A stretch of 64,000 nt of DNA from a virus. The stretch spans positions 32,001 through 96,000 of the IMG/VR virus record IMGVR_UViG_3300021379_000006. One strand, given 5' to 3'. A program made the position numbers and the translations under genes. Position 1 is the stretch's first letter; each line of letters starts with the position of its first letter. A model generated the notes under the pieces. It worked only from the letters and a program-made list of their open reading frames with translations. It was not told where the DNA came from and ran no database searches. Positions 49,255-59,761 of this stretch are shown here, one piece after another.

Positions 49255-49818
49255 TTATGCTGATAAAGTAGTTACCAAAATCTCAACTGAATCACATGTA
49301 GCAGATCCAAAAGTTGATACTACTTTTATTTTATATTCTGTTGCTGGGCTAAGTTCACTAACGGTATAATTAGTAATTGCTGTAGCCAAAGCGTTTGTGT
49401 TTGCTTGAGTCCAACCAGATGGTGTATCTACAGTATCATAGAATACAGCAAAGCTTTCACTTAATGATGAAATGCCATCCCAAACAATATCAATAGTTGT
49501 ACTTGTAATTTTATCTGCGTATAGATTATAAGGCGCATGGTGTACATTATCTGCAGTACATACGTCAATTCCATTAGCAATCATCAAAGCAAATTTTTGT
49601 AAAATTTGATCCAACCTTTCTCCTGATTCAACCTTCAATATACCAGAAGGAGTTTCAATTCTAAATGTAGATCCACAATAAGAAACACACTCTGTACATT
49701 GAACATCATTACAACGCTCATTACCAACACCACACTCAGTATAAGCACATGGTGTTGTTAAACTAGTGTCCTTACATCCACAAGGATCTGAATTACATTT
49801 ACTACAATTACAAGCCAT
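49255..49818 (-). CDS. Cys-rich virion protein with C-terminal fibronectin type III domain
   Basis: N-terminal CNCSKC..CGC..C..C..C..C..C..C cluster; ITSTTIDIVW..YTVSELSPATEYKIKV FN3 signature. Confidence 0.65.
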   Translation of the reverse strand: MACNCSKCNSDPCGCKDTSLTTPCAYTECGVGNERCNDVQCTECVSYCGSTFRIETPSGILKVESGERLDQILQKFALMIANGIDVCTADNVHHAPYNLYADKITSTTIDIVWDGISSLSESFAVFYDTVDTPSGWTQANTNALATAITNYTVSELSPATEYKIKVVSTFGSATCDSVEILVTTLSA

Positions 49819-49831
49819 CTTATTTTATTTA

Positions 49832-51691
49832 TTAATTACATATACCAAGTTGAGTGATTGTTGCACTTCCCGAAACTGCAGTAAAGTATGGTTGAGTAGT
49901 TGAACAAATTGTAAATGTTGTTACGCCAACAACAGCTGTTGAAGCAGACAAACCAGTTGAACAATCTGTATATTCTACATCTCCATCATTATTCACATCA
50001 TTACTTGTTATTCTATATGATAGACACTGAGTACTACAATCTATACAGTCTGTATAAACAGTATTTATAGTTGTAGTAGATGGCGCAGTACTTGTTCCAA
50101 TTACTTCCCAACAGTCTGCACCACTATCATGAGATATCCTAACAGATTGAGCTGTAGTTAATGTACCACTTGAATAAGATCCAATAAGGACATCTCCTGG
50201 ATTATTACATGATTGCAATCGATAATTAGTTGCAGCTGCTTCACCTGTTGTTATAGATGAAGAAAAGTCACATGTTCTTGTTCTACCACCAATACCTACT
50301 TCAATAGAAACAAGATATGTTGTTCCTGCAGTTAAACCTGTTAATGTAGTTGATACAGAAACTCCAGGATTAGTAATAGTATTAGATGCAGTAAGAGATC
50401 CAGTAGATACATTAGTTGCTCTTACTACATATATAGCGGTAGATCCAATCCAGTTATTGAAAGAAACATCTATTGTGGTTGTTGTAGCTGTTTGAGTCAT
50501 GCTTCCAGGACATGGTATTTCTGAAGCAACTGTGGTTGACAATGTTTCACTACAAGTGTTTACGCCATCTGTTGTACAAAAATCTACGCTTACTGTAAAG
50601 TCATCATATAGATACAATCCTGTTAAAGCAAGGAACAATCCACTAGATGAGCTTTGTAAAGAAGCTATACTAAATACACTGCTAATAGATGCACCATTAC
50701 CGTCTGTAATAGTTACAGTACTTGACCCAGAACAATCATTATATGACGCAGGAACAGAAGAACCTGTAAATAAAGCGGTAATTCCAGTTGGAATATTATC
50801 TCCAGTTGTATTTAAACTAGCAGTAAATGCATATACAATAGAATCACAAGCACCAGGACAACAATCTGTTTGTATGGTTTGAATAGCAGCATACATATCA
50901 CAAAGAACAACCCATGCGTTTTGTACGGCATGGGATAATGTTGAAGGATTGTTTACCCAGTTTGTAAGTGAACCATATGTACCCGTTCCTGATAATACCG
51001 TTGTAGACCCTGTAATACAGCTTGAAGCATTAATAGCATTAGTAATCAATGCTGGTACACCTACTGCTGATTCTAAATCACAGAATCTAGTTTCTAAAGC
51101 AAGTGTTAATACAGAATGAGCTACCGTTTGATCTTGAAAAATACAAGAAGATAAAACATTTACTTCTTGAGCTGAGCTACTACATGGTAGTACACAGTTT
51201 TCTAGTATCACAATTCTTGATTCATGATCTAAGATTTGAGAATTAATTAATTCAATACTTGAAAGAATATCACAAATCTTATTTGCTAACATAGTAGCAA
51301 ATTGATCTAAAGGAAGTGTAGTAATAGGATTGCCTAAAGAATCTTCAAGATCAAAACAAGAAGGTACATTCATGTCAGGTAGTGTATAATCACCACCTAC
51401 ACTAAGATCACATACATAATCAATAATAAGTTGGATAGTATCTGTAATTGTATCTGGAGCAGTTTGTCCACTTGGGAGAACACACAATAAATCCAAACCT
51501 GATAAATCTGGTTCAGCTGTTGTTGTTTGGCTTACTATGTCACAAAGCTGTTCTGCAAGCTTTGCAACAACTTCACTAACTGTGTCTCCGCTACATAAGC
51601 TTATACATGGAATGTCTGGTCCTTGCCAAACAACACAGTTTGAAGATATATTAGAGCAGGGTGATGTTTCCCCATTATTGATTGGTAACAT
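49832..51691 (-). CDS. Cys/Ser/Thr-rich tail-associated protein with FN3 domain
   Basis: SSNCVVWQGPDIPC N-terminus, coiled-coil segment, LTGLTAGTTYLVSI FN3 motif, many Cys pairs. Confidence 0.6.
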   Translation of the reverse strand: MLPINNGETSPCSNISSNCVVWQGPDIPCISLCSGDTVSEVVAKLAEQLCDIVSQTTTAEPDLSGLDLLCVLPSGQTAPDTITDTIQLIIDYVCDLSVGGDYTLPDMNVPSCFDLEDSLGNPITTLPLDQFATMLANKICDILSSIELINSQILDHESRIVILENCVLPCSSSAQEVNVLSSCIFQDQTVAHSVLTLALETRFCDLESAVGVPALITNAINASSCITGSTTVLSGTGTYGSLTNWVNNPSTLSHAVQNAWVVLCDMYAAIQTIQTDCCPGACDSIVYAFTASLNTTGDNIPTGITALFTGSSVPASYNDCSGSSTVTITDGNGASISSVFSIASLQSSSSGLFLALTGLYLYDDFTVSVDFCTTDGVNTCSETLSTTVASEIPCPGSMTQTATTTTIDVSFNNWIGSTAIYVVRATNVSTGSLTASNTITNPGVSVSTTLTGLTAGTTYLVSIEVGIGGRTRTCDFSSSITTGEAAATNYRLQSCNNPGDVLIGSYSSGTLTTAQSVRISHDSGADCWEVIGTSTAPSTTTINTVYTDCIDCSTQCLSYRITSNDVNNDGDVEYTDCSTGLSASTAVVGVTTFTICSTTQPYFTAVSGSATITQLGICN

Positions 51692-51822
51692 AAAAAATCC
51701 TATTTTACAACTAATAAAACTTACTAGTATACACTATAATATACAAAAGTTTTTGTAATCAAACAAGAAGTTTAATTACTATTAAGTTGCAAAATAGGAT
51801 TATAAGAAACCTAAGTTGAAAT

Positions 51823-52116
51823 TTAATCAACTACAGCTTCTAGCTTGGGCTCTTCAGTTTTTTCAACTTCTGAAATTGTGCCGTCTGCAAGTGAAATATT
51901 AACTTCTCCATACTTTTCTTGGAGACTTAATGAAAACTCTTGCATTCTAGCTCTCATTGCTGCATGATCATTTAATAGTTCATACTTTGCAATCTCAATG
52001 TTTGCAAGATTATTGACCGCATTGCCAATAGCTTGCTGCAAACCTTGTAATTGTTCTAGCTCTTCAGCAGTGATCTTTTTTTCAGCTGCTGCTTTCTTTG
52101 TTGATTTTTTTGCCAT
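51823..52116 (-). CDS. Small coiled-coil protein, function unknown
   Basis: 97-aa ORF with helical heptads and an LQEKYGEVNISLADG motif; has its own TATATTTG box upstream. Confidence 0.65.
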   Translation of the reverse strand: MAKKSTKKAAAEKKITAEELEQLQGLQQAIGNAVNNLANIEIAKYELLNDHAAMRARMQEFSLSLQEKYGEVNISLADGTISEVEKTEEPKLEAVVD

Positions 52117-52214
52117 GACGTTTAATTAATTAATTAATACAAATATATATGTTTTGTCTTTGATATCAAATATATAAAAAAATATTATTTGCCGCAAGGT
52201 GCAGTTCAAAGTTA

Positions 52215-52445
52215 TCAGATTAAAAAAAGTTCTTCATCTGTCAACTCCCAATCACGAATATTTTCCTCTGAATACTTCCAATTCTTGACTTCTGCCTTGG
52301 TAGTAAATTCTATTTCGTAAGACTCAATATTAATGTTGTTATCGTTATGAGCAATACATTTGCTGCCATCTAAAGACCACGCTGGTAAATGACTCAATAA
52401 GTCAGATATTAAACTATGCTGTTCTTTTGTAAGTAAGTAATACAT
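52215..52445 (-). CDS. Hypothetical protein, possibly tail-fibre accessory
   Basis: 76 aa; its start overlaps the stop of the LamG gene. Confidence 0.55.
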   Translation of the reverse strand: MYYLLTKEQHSLISDLLSHLPAWSLDGSKCIAHNDNNINIESYEIEFTTKAEVKNWKYSEENIRDWELTDEELFLI

Positions 52446-53413
52446 TATGGACTAGTTATAAAGGTTGCACCGTTGTTAGTCATGCTACTAATGCTGTTTT
52501 CATCAGTAACATCATTCTCCATGCGCCATGCAGTCTCAAAATTGGTAGTAAATACATTTTCACTATCTCTACCATAGCCATAGATCGTACTTACATTGCT
52601 TGAGGAAAGCATAGCATCGTAGAGGTACACCTCATCTATAACCCCATCCCAGATGGTATTAGGCGCAGTATTCCCATAGTTACCACCTATCTCTAGGTAA
52701 TTGTGAGTTACCTCCGCAGTAGTAAAGTGTGAGTTATTACCCACACTATAAGTAAGCTCAGTGCCGTTCCAGTATGTTTTAATGCCATCGGTACTAAGGC
52801 TCTTGGTTTGATCAATACACACCATCAAATGCGTAAAGCCATCACTATCAGTGTTACCTCTTTGTGAGCTTACCCATCCAGTACCTGAGTTTGACACGCC
52901 ACTTGTTGTACTATTGGTACTATCATGCAGGGGGTATGCTCTTTGGTATGTTCTATTTACGCCATTAATGCGTTTCAAAAACTGCACTATCAAACGGTTA
53001 AAACTAGCATTGTAAAACCACAAAAACCTACCATTAATAGCATTGTTTTCTGTATGCACCGTACAGTACAAGGCCATATTTCGTTTTGAGCTTTCATCAT
53101 TCCTTACCCACATACTAATGCTAAACTTTTGAGATGGGTGAGAGCTTAGCGAGCCTCTAACGTAGTCATTAACACCATCGTAGTCTAAGGCATAGTCATT
53201 ATTCCATGAGCTTAATGTATGATTATAACTGTAAAATTCACTTATAGCATGAGGCGCACTTCCGTCTGGTCTATCAGCAGCTGCATTCGCTGTATTAATA
53301 GCCGCTATAGTTCCATCAGAAGCACTTTTAAGAGTAATTTCTCTTCCAGGCTGTAGTCCAAATTCTGTATTTAATTCGGACATTTTAATCTGTCCACTAC
53401 TTTGTAATGCCAT
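52445..53413 (-). CDS. Tail-fibre tip adhesin with LamG/concanavalin A-like domain
   Basis: N-terminal MALQSSGQIKMSELNTEFG (gp38-like attachment start); YALDYDGVNDYV, FSISMWV, WDGVIDEVYLYD LamG signature. Confidence 0.75.
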   Translation of the reverse strand: MALQSSGQIKMSELNTEFGLQPGREITLKSASDGTIAAINTANAAADRPDGSAPHAISEFYSYNHTLSSWNNDYALDYDGVNDYVRGSLSSHPSQKFSISMWVRNDESSKRNMALYCTVHTENNAINGRFLWFYNASFNRLIVQFLKRINGVNRTYQRAYPLHDSTNSTTSGVSNSGTGWVSSQRGNTDSDGFTHLMVCIDQTKSLSTDGIKTYWNGTELTYSVGNNSHFTTAEVTHNYLEIGGNYGNTAPNTIWDGVIDEVYLYDAMLSSSNVSTIYGYGRDSENVFTTNFETAWRMENDVTDENSISSMTNNGATFITSP

Positions 53414-53415
53414 AA

Positions 53416-53799
53416 TTAAGGATTAAATATGTTTGAGAATGCAATTACATCACCCTTCATATGTAAATCTCCATCTGCCTCAATTCGAGCAACCCATACA
53501 CCACTAATATAGAAGTCAATGCTGTTGTTGTTGTCAGCGTCAATAGCAATGTAGTTACTTGTATCTTTACCTATTTTAGTAATACCATCTCTTAAGTCTG
53601 ATTCAATACTAAATGTCGTTCCACTTAAGTCTAATCCGCTACCCGCTGAATACGTAGTATTGGTGTTTACTACAGTTTCAGTAGCAGTAGCAATACCCGT
53701 AACGTGTCCATTGGAATCAACAGTAATGTCTTGAATGTATGTACGACCAGAGTTATTAGAACTACTTGCAGCGGTAATGTTAGGGTGAGCTGTTAAGTA
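53416..53799 (-). CDS. Frameshifted C-terminal 127 aa of the long tail fibre (not in ORF track)
   Basis: The -1 frame reads YLTAHPNITAASSSNNSGRTYIQDITVDSNGHVT...ARIEADGDLHMKGDVIAFSNIFNP*. It has no start of its own and stops 2 nt before the next ATG. Confidence 0.8.
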   Translation of the reverse strand, partial: YLTAHPNITAASSSNNSGRTYIQDITVDSNGHVTGIATATETVVNTNTTYSAGSGLDLSGTTFSIESDLRDGITKIGKDTSNYIAIDADNNNSIDFYISGVWVARIEADGDLHMKGDVIAFSNIFNP

Positions 53800-54180
53800 C
53801 CAGCATCATTATTAAAACCACCTACTGGTATTTCAGATTGATCACCGCTAAGGTCAGCCCAACCCAATCCAGTGATATATCCAGCACCGTTAGTTAACTG
53901 ATTATTGTTTGTAGGTATTGTAGTGCTATTAAACGCATTAGATCCAAATGTGTAAGTCTGATTAGTAGCACCGCTTACGGCAAACGTAAGGGTATTACCA
54001 GACCTTGTAATACCATTAAGGTAATAGTTTGTGTCTGAGTTAGTAACCGTTTCTGTAGCGGAGGTTATTGCTGTTACATGGCCGTTAGAGTCAAGCGTAA
54101 TGTCTTGAATATAAGTACGTCCAGAATTGTTTACAGAACTAGCGGCTGTAATGCTTGGGTGAGCTGTAAGGTATCCAGCA
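53666..54180. repeat. Two diverged ~140-bp direct repeats in the fibre gene (about 54040-54180 and 53666-53805)
   Basis: Both encode AGYLTAHPxITAASSxNNSGRTYIQDITxDSNGHVTxIxxATETVxN. Confidence 0.8.
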
Positions 54181-57062
54181 CTTGAATGGTCACCCCAACC
54201 ATATGCAGTTTTAAAGTTTTGAATGTTAGTCTTGGTAAGTGTTTCACCATCTAATGTAAGTTGATCACCTCTTAAATATGCAGTTTTTCTTGCTGCCCAT
54301 CCACCAGACCAGTTACCTGTTTCAGAATTAATTTCAAGACCTTGTTCTGCATTTAAGTAAATATATTCTGCAGTCTGACCTGTAGCATAAGAATGACTTT
54401 CACCAGCACTAAGAATTAATTGTTGACCATTACCTTTAATGTATCCATTAATTGTAAGAGCGCCTGTAAAAGTATCATTAGCATTACTTCTTAAAAATGC
54501 AGTACTATCAAGACCATCAAGTAAATTTGAATCCGCAGCCTTGCCAGAAGTTGTAAGATATCCACTAAACGTAGGTAATACTTCATTGTCTATTCTGTCA
54601 TCTGTATGACTTATTGCATCAGCCAAAGCACTAGCTGCACTACCAGCTGGATCAAATGCAGAAGTATCCTGATATGCAGCTGAACCAAATATTTCAGCAA
54701 ATCTTTTTCTGCGTTCTGCACCATTGTCAAGAAGAATTAATTCATCCACTCCTGTATCAACTGCTGCAGTCATATCTGTAAACTCAGATAAATCAAGTGT
54801 AATGTTTGGTGTTGTAGTTCCGTTTGAAATATCAAGACCCGTACCCACTGTCACGGAAGTTACTGTACCACTTGTTGTTGTGTATCCAGCATCATTAGTC
54901 CACTGGGATATATTACCGGACTTATTAGTTAGTGTATCTGTAGAAGACGCAGTTATAAAACCATAAGTATTATTCCAACCAGTATTACCATCTGTAATAT
55001 AACCAGCACTTGCATGATCTCCCCAAGAATATGCTGTGTTCCAGTTTGTAGAGTTGCCACCTGTAGTTACAATTTCACCCGTTATTGTTATACCGGTAGA
55101 CGTTGTTGTAAGCTTCTGCCCGGCATTGTGGTATAATCTGACACCTGCATTTTCAGTCCATTGAATCAGCCAATCAGCATTTTGATCGTCATAAATACCT
55201 CCTGTTGTTCCATCGCCCATTAATGAGAATATGAACTCATTAGATGTATTGCCTATTTGAAGACCACCCCAACTAGAGGTGTTGCTATTGATATATAGCA
55301 AATCAGCCCTATCTGAAGATTCAGTTAGTGTAACTTTAGAACCAATGTTAATTGTATTTGTGCTAAATGAAGAAGGAACTCCAGTAATATACCCAGCACC
55401 ATTGGTTAGCTGGTTGTTATTTGTAGGAATAGCTGGCAACACTTCATTGTCAATACGTTGATCAACTGCATCAGCAGATCCCGCTGCATCAAATCTACTA
55501 TCTAAATCTCTAGTACCTACTGCAGTAACGTGACCATATCCATCTACAGTAATATCTTCTATAACAATTCCGTTATTACTACCTCCATAAGCACCAGATA
55601 AAGTAGATGTATCATCATGGCTAATACTAATAGTTACGTTACTAGAAGCATTAGCTGTAAATGTACCAGATCCTCCAAGAGCACCCGTACCTTGTACAGT
55701 AAGAGTTGCATTATTAACTGTAGGAATATTAGATGTAAGAGCTACAGTACCAGAAGCATTTGGTAAAGTATAAGTTCTATCAGCTGTTAAAGTGCTGGCT
55801 AATAATAATCCTTCATATGCATCTGCTGCACTACCTTCAAACAAAATACCGTTTGATGTAGAAACAACTTCAACTTGATCAGTAACCGTTGTACCTGTAA
55901 CAGTAAGATTACCATTAATGGTCATACCTGCAAATGATGGAGAGTCAGATGTTCTTAAATGTTGATTAAGTGCATCAGCATATCCGTTATCTGTAAATCT
56001 TCCATCTAGATCAACGGTAAGATCTCCAAGACCTTGCCTTGTTAATGTAAGTACACCGTTGCTTGTACTAAAACTAGCACCTGTTATATAGTTGTTCGTA
56101 TTGGTATCTGAAGATGAAATTTCTAGTGTATTTGTTCCAGCATCATAACTAACACCAGTAGCACCAGCACCTGTTACAATTAATGTATCACCAGATGCAA
56201 TAACCTCAGTCGCAGAACCATCACTAATTCTCCAACCACCATAATTATCAGCAGTTGCAGATCCTGTATATCCTAAGTTTGCAAGAGTAAGTGTTCTAGT
56301 GCTATGTGATGTAATAACACCATCGGTCATATAAATATTATCAACTACTGTTGCACCTGAAGTAATAATATCAGAATCAGTACCAATTACAGTATTACCG
56401 CTAGATGTTACATAACCTGCAGCAGCGTGATCGCCCCAACCATATGCAGTATTCCAATTTGAAATGTTAGTTGCTGTAATACCAGCTGCAGCAGAAGCAC
56501 TAAATATAGGATCTGTTTCTGTGTATGATGTTAGATATCTGCCATCAAGATCTACAGATGCTCCAGCATTACCAACACCAGTTAATGATAAAATACCATT
56601 ACCCGTATTAAATGAAGCACCATTAATATAATCTATATCATTAGTGTCTGTATTTGTGTCTGTGGAGGTAATTGTTACTGTACCTCCAGCACTGTAGCTG
56701 AGGGAAACATTTGAACCTGCCACCAGGTTTAAGTCTCCCCCAGACTGTACAGTTGTTCTTTGAGTCCCATTAGTTTTGAGATTCCAAGAACCATAGTTAT
56801 CGTAATTATGAACATGGCTAGATAAAGCATATCTACCATCAAGATCAACAGTCTGATCTGTAGCACCGGACACAGTTAAGGTTAAAACACCATTTCCTGT
56901 GTTAAAAGAGGCACCACTCAAATAATAATTAGAGGAAGCTGTAACACTTTGAAATGTTACATTTCCATTACCGTCAGTTGTCAATACTTGACCATTGGAG
57001 CCATCAACTGTTGGCAGCTGATATGCTCCGTGGTCTATAGCAGATAAAAATTTAATAGCCAT
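53793..57062 (-). CDS. Long tail fibre protein (interrupted by a frameshift near 53800)
   Basis: G/S/T/N-rich with fibre repeats: GASFxTxNGxLxLT..VDLDGR x3, TAYxWGDHxxAGY x3, IPTNNNQLTNGAGYIT x2, ADSNLLDGLDST. Confidence 0.85.
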   Translation of the reverse strand: MAIKFLSAIDHGAYQLPTVDGSNGQVLTTDGNGNVTFQSVTASSNYYLSGASFNTGNGVLTLTVSGATDQTVDLDGRYALSSHVHNYDNYGSWNLKTNGTQRTTVQSGGDLNLVAGSNVSLSYSAGGTVTITSTDTNTDTNDIDYINGASFNTGNGILSLTGVGNAGASVDLDGRYLTSYTETDPIFSASAAAGITATNISNWNTAYGWGDHAAAGYVTSSGNTVIGTDSDIITSGATVVDNIYMTDGVITSHSTRTLTLANLGYTGSATADNYGGWRISDGSATEVIASGDTLIVTGAGATGVSYDAGTNTLEISSSDTNTNNYITGASFSTSNGVLTLTRQGLGDLTVDLDGRFTDNGYADALNQHLRTSDSPSFAGMTINGNLTVTGTTVTDQVEVVSTSNGILFEGSAADAYEGLLLASTLTADRTYTLPNASGTVALTSNIPTVNNATLTVQGTGALGGSGTFTANASSNVTISISHDDTSTLSGAYGGSNNGIVIEDITVDGYGHVTAVGTRDLDSRFDAAGSADAVDQRIDNEVLPAIPTNNNQLTNGAGYITGVPSSFSTNTINIGSKVTLTESSDRADLLYINSNTSSWGGLQIGNTSNEFIFSLMGDGTTGGIYDDQNADWLIQWTENAGVRLYHNAGQKLTTTSTGITITGEIVTTGGNSTNWNTAYSWGDHASAGYITDGNTGWNNTYGFITASSTDTLTNKSGNISQWTNDAGYTTTSGTVTSVTVGTGLDISNGTTTPNITLDLSEFTDMTAAVDTGVDELILLDNGAERRKRFAEIFGSAAYQDTSAFDPAGSAASALADAISHTDDRIDNEVLPTFSGYLTTSGKAADSNLLDGLDSTAFLRSNANDTFTGALTINGYIKGNGQQLILSAGESHSYATGQTAEYIYLNAEQGLEINSETGNWSGGWAARKTAYLRGDQLTLDGETLTKTNIQNFKTAYGWGDHSSAGYLTAHPSITAASSVNNSGRTYIQDITLDSNGHVTAITSATETVTNSDTNYYLNGITRSGNTLTFAVSGATNQTYTFGSNAFNSTTIPTNNNQLTNGAGYITGLGWADLSGDQSEIPVGGFNNDAGT

Positions 57063-57106
57063 GTCTTAATATTCAGATTTATACAAATCTAATAATTATT
57101 CTAAAA

Positions 57107-59047
57107 TTATGCTCCCGCATACATTATAGAAACAAAAATGTCATTAGCATGTGGTCCAGCTAATCTTGCTTCTACATCATCAATTGATACTTGAACAGTG
57201 TCAATCATCAATTGCTCTCCAGTTACAGTATCAAAGTAACTTACAATAATAGGAGCAGCAGCACCTTGGCTTACACCAAATGCAGTACCAAAGCCATGAG
57301 CAATGGCCTGTACCGGAGTACCAGCAGGAATAACATCATTTACTCTTACTCTTGATTGTCTGTCAGCAACCATGTCGCTAGCAGCTTTAGGAGTAACAGC
57401 ACGTGAAGTATCAGTACCAGTAATTGCTTCAGCAGAAGTTGCTAATTCAACAACACCTTTTGCACTAGTAGTAGCATTATCACCAGAAATAGTAATAGCT
57501 GCAGTTTCAGAACCCGAACCAGTTACAGAAATACCATTAGAACCAGATGCAGTAGCAACGTAGTTACCAGTAGTATCAGTACCAAGAGCAACAGAGTTAG
57601 CTTGTACACCATCAACACTTACAGTAAGAGTTACGTTAGCAGAACCATCAATAGATACAGAACCAGAAGCATCACCACCAAGAGTAATAGTTCTAGCTGT
57701 TGCCCAGGCTGAGGCTGTATCAGCATTTCCTTCTAAATCACCAATAAATGCATTAGCACGTACATCATAACTAGCACCAAAATCCCATCTATCAATAGCT
57801 TCATCCCAAACTAAACTTACATTAGCAGATGTACCACGCTCAACTTCAAAACCTGCATTTTGAGAAGGAGCACCTGTCTCATCAGAATTTAAAGTAATAA
57901 TTGCATCACCAATATTAACTTGATTTGAGTTAACAGTAGTTGTAGTACCATTTACAGTCAAGTTACCAGGAATAATAACGGTAGATGTACCACCAGCAAG
58001 AGTCAAGCTATTTGCACCAATAGAAGCACCAATAGTTCTGTTACCGGCAGCAAAATCTAATTCAGTTAAACCAGCAATAGAAGTTGAAGTACCACCTAAA
58101 GCTACAGTTGTAGAACCAAATGTTACGTCATTGTTTGCAAGTGCACTATTAGGTACGTTTGATAAACCAAGAGTGATTGTTCCACTTGTAGTAATAGGAG
58201 ATCCTGAATCTACATCAATACCATCTGTACCAGCAATAGCTACAGAAGTAACAGTACCAGTAGTAGCAGTAAATGGTAAATCACTAATTGCAAAACGTTC
58301 TGCATTTCCTGAGTCATTATTAGAAACAAGGAAAGACCAATCTGGTTGTATAGCAATACCTCTTGAGTCTGTGGCAGCAACAACAACGTTATCTGTACCT
58401 AGGTAATCAACATTTAATGTTACACTACTACCCAATGCTACAGTACCGCCATCCTGCAAACCTTTACCAGCAATAATTTCAACTGAGTCATTAGCTAATG
58501 AACTGTTAGGAACGTTAGAAAGACCAATTGCAATAGTACCTGAAGTAGTAATAGGGCTACCAGAAATAGTAACACCGCCAGAACCAGAAGCAGCAACGCT
58601 TGTTACAGTACCAGAGTTGTTAGAGAATGGTAAGTCAGCAACAAGACCTTTCTTAACATTATTGTCTGTTGCATCGTGGTATACAATAGTATCTTCATAA
58701 CTAATATCTGTACCTTCAAGGTCTGTAGCAGAATCAATAAAGTTGTTTGTGCCAGCATAATCAAGAGAGATAGTACCAGATACTGCACCTGAAGTACCAG
58801 AAGCACTACCAGTAAGACCAGTACCACTTGATACAGATACAGAAGTAATATCACCTGACGCAGAAACCCATCCCGATCCATCAAATACTTCTAACGAACC
58901 CGTTGATGAGTTGTAAATAATCTGACCCGCTGTAGGACTTGCAGGTCTTGTTGCAGTGGTAAGAGTATGTATTACAGCATTCTGTAACTCGTACCCTTGC
59001 ATGTCAATGTTTAATGTCTCTAAATGAGACAAATACTTAAGAGCCAT
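57107..59047 (-). CDS. Tail fibre/spike protein
   Basis: 646 aa; PTAGQIIYNS, GTVTSV..SGSPITTSGTI.GLSNVPNS.LAN x2, GNLTVNGTTTTVNS, AGFEVERG, KGVVELAT. Confidence 0.8.
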   Translation of the reverse strand: MALKYLSHLETLNIDMQGYELQNAVIHTLTTATRPASPTAGQIIYNSSTGSLEVFDGSGWVSASGDITSVSVSSGTGLTGSASGTSGAVSGTISLDYAGTNNFIDSATDLEGTDISYEDTIVYHDATDNNVKKGLVADLPFSNNSGTVTSVAASGSGGVTISGSPITTSGTIAIGLSNVPNSSLANDSVEIIAGKGLQDGGTVALGSSVTLNVDYLGTDNVVVAATDSRGIAIQPDWSFLVSNNDSGNAERFAISDLPFTATTGTVTSVAIAGTDGIDVDSGSPITTSGTITLGLSNVPNSALANNDVTFGSTTVALGGTSTSIAGLTELDFAAGNRTIGASIGANSLTLAGGTSTVIIPGNLTVNGTTTTVNSNQVNIGDAIITLNSDETGAPSQNAGFEVERGTSANVSLVWDEAIDRWDFGASYDVRANAFIGDLEGNADTASAWATARTITLGGDASGSVSIDGSANVTLTVSVDGVQANSVALGTDTTGNYVATASGSNGISVTGSGSETAAITISGDNATTSAKGVVELATSAEAITGTDTSRAVTPKAASDMVADRQSRVRVNDVIPAGTPVQAIAHGFGTAFGVSQGAAAPIIVSYFDTVTGEQLMIDTVQVSIDDVEARLAGPHANDIFVSIMYAGA

Positions 59048-59086
59048 AATTGTTTTTTTTATTTATTACTTAATTTTTTGTTGCTA

Positions 59087-59608
59087 TTAATTCAAGTAAG
59101 CTGTCCCAGCAACAGGAATAGCAAACTGTATTCTTACCGTATTGTTATTTGTGTAATCAATCTCACCCATAATATCTGCCCCTGTAAGATCTTCTAGTCT
59201 TACTGAAGGTTTTTTATTTAGATTATGATTGATAATCCATGTTGTACTTGCTGTTGGTTGATCATGTACGTAACTAAGATCTTTTTCATCTTCTAATGCA
59301 GTAGTTTCAAGAATCTCAATTCTTTTAATTAATGCATCAATGTCAGCGCTTGTCCAAGAAGTTACACCATTCTCTGTAGGAGTTTGGCAAACAATTATAC
59401 TTTCTGTTGTTGTTTTCAATTCTTCACTAGCTGTTTTAACTACAAGTTTTAGATCATCCCAATCACACAATTCTTTATCTATAGTAGCAGACTCCATGTC
59501 AAGTAGACAACATGGGTCCATACCATATCTAAGAGATACAAAGTTTTTGTATACAGCATTAGCAAACTTTTTTTCTATCTCTATCTTTTTAATTAAAGCT
59601 GTGTCCAT
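59087..59608 (-). CDS. Putative tail/fibre-attachment protein
   Basis: C-terminal YVHDQ..STTWIINHNLNKKPSV..G.IDY.NNNTV.I.F..PVAGTAYLN, a beta module common in phage tail proteins. Confidence 0.55.
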   Translation of the reverse strand: MDTALIKKIEIEKKFANAVYKNFVSLRYGMDPCCLLDMESATIDKELCDWDDLKLVVKTASEELKTTTESIIVCQTPTENGVTSWTSADIDALIKRIEILETTALEDEKDLSYVHDQPTASTTWIINHNLNKKPSVRLEDLTGADIMGEIDYTNNNTVRIQFAIPVAGTAYLN

Positions 59609-59609
59609 T

Positions 59610-59741
59610 TTACTTTTTTGTTGCAGTCTGCAGAGTAGCTTCGTATTGACTCAAACATGTTTTATGAACAGTTGAACCATCTGATGCTTTAGTCTTTTGA
59701 CATCCGCAGCTAAACGCTTTGTTACATTTCTTACAAGTCAT
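59610..59741 (-). CDS. 43-aa Cys-rich, putative Zn-binding protein (not in ORF track)
   Basis: MTCKKCNKAFSCGCQKTKASDGSTVHKTCLSQYEATLQTATKK. It fills the gap exactly, with its stop 1 nt before the next ATG. Confidence 0.7.
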   Translation of the reverse strand: MTCKKCNKAFSCGCQKTKASDGSTVHKTCLSQYEATLQTATKK

Positions 59742-59761
59742 AATGTTGGTTTATTTATAGT

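Noticed and set aside
52159-52170. Perfect palindrome TTTGATATCAAA as an operator
   Set aside because: Single AT-rich occurrence with no second copy noticed; compatible with chance.
53806-53825. GGTTTTAAT as a programmed -1 slippery site
   Set aside because: A -1 shift there meets TAA TAA TGA immediately.
53666-59047. Fibre repeats as a CRISPR array or DGR template/variable repeat pair
   Set aside because: The repeats are coding, irregularly spaced and differ mostly at synonymous positions rather than only at adenines. No reverse transcriptase or cas gene is present in the window.
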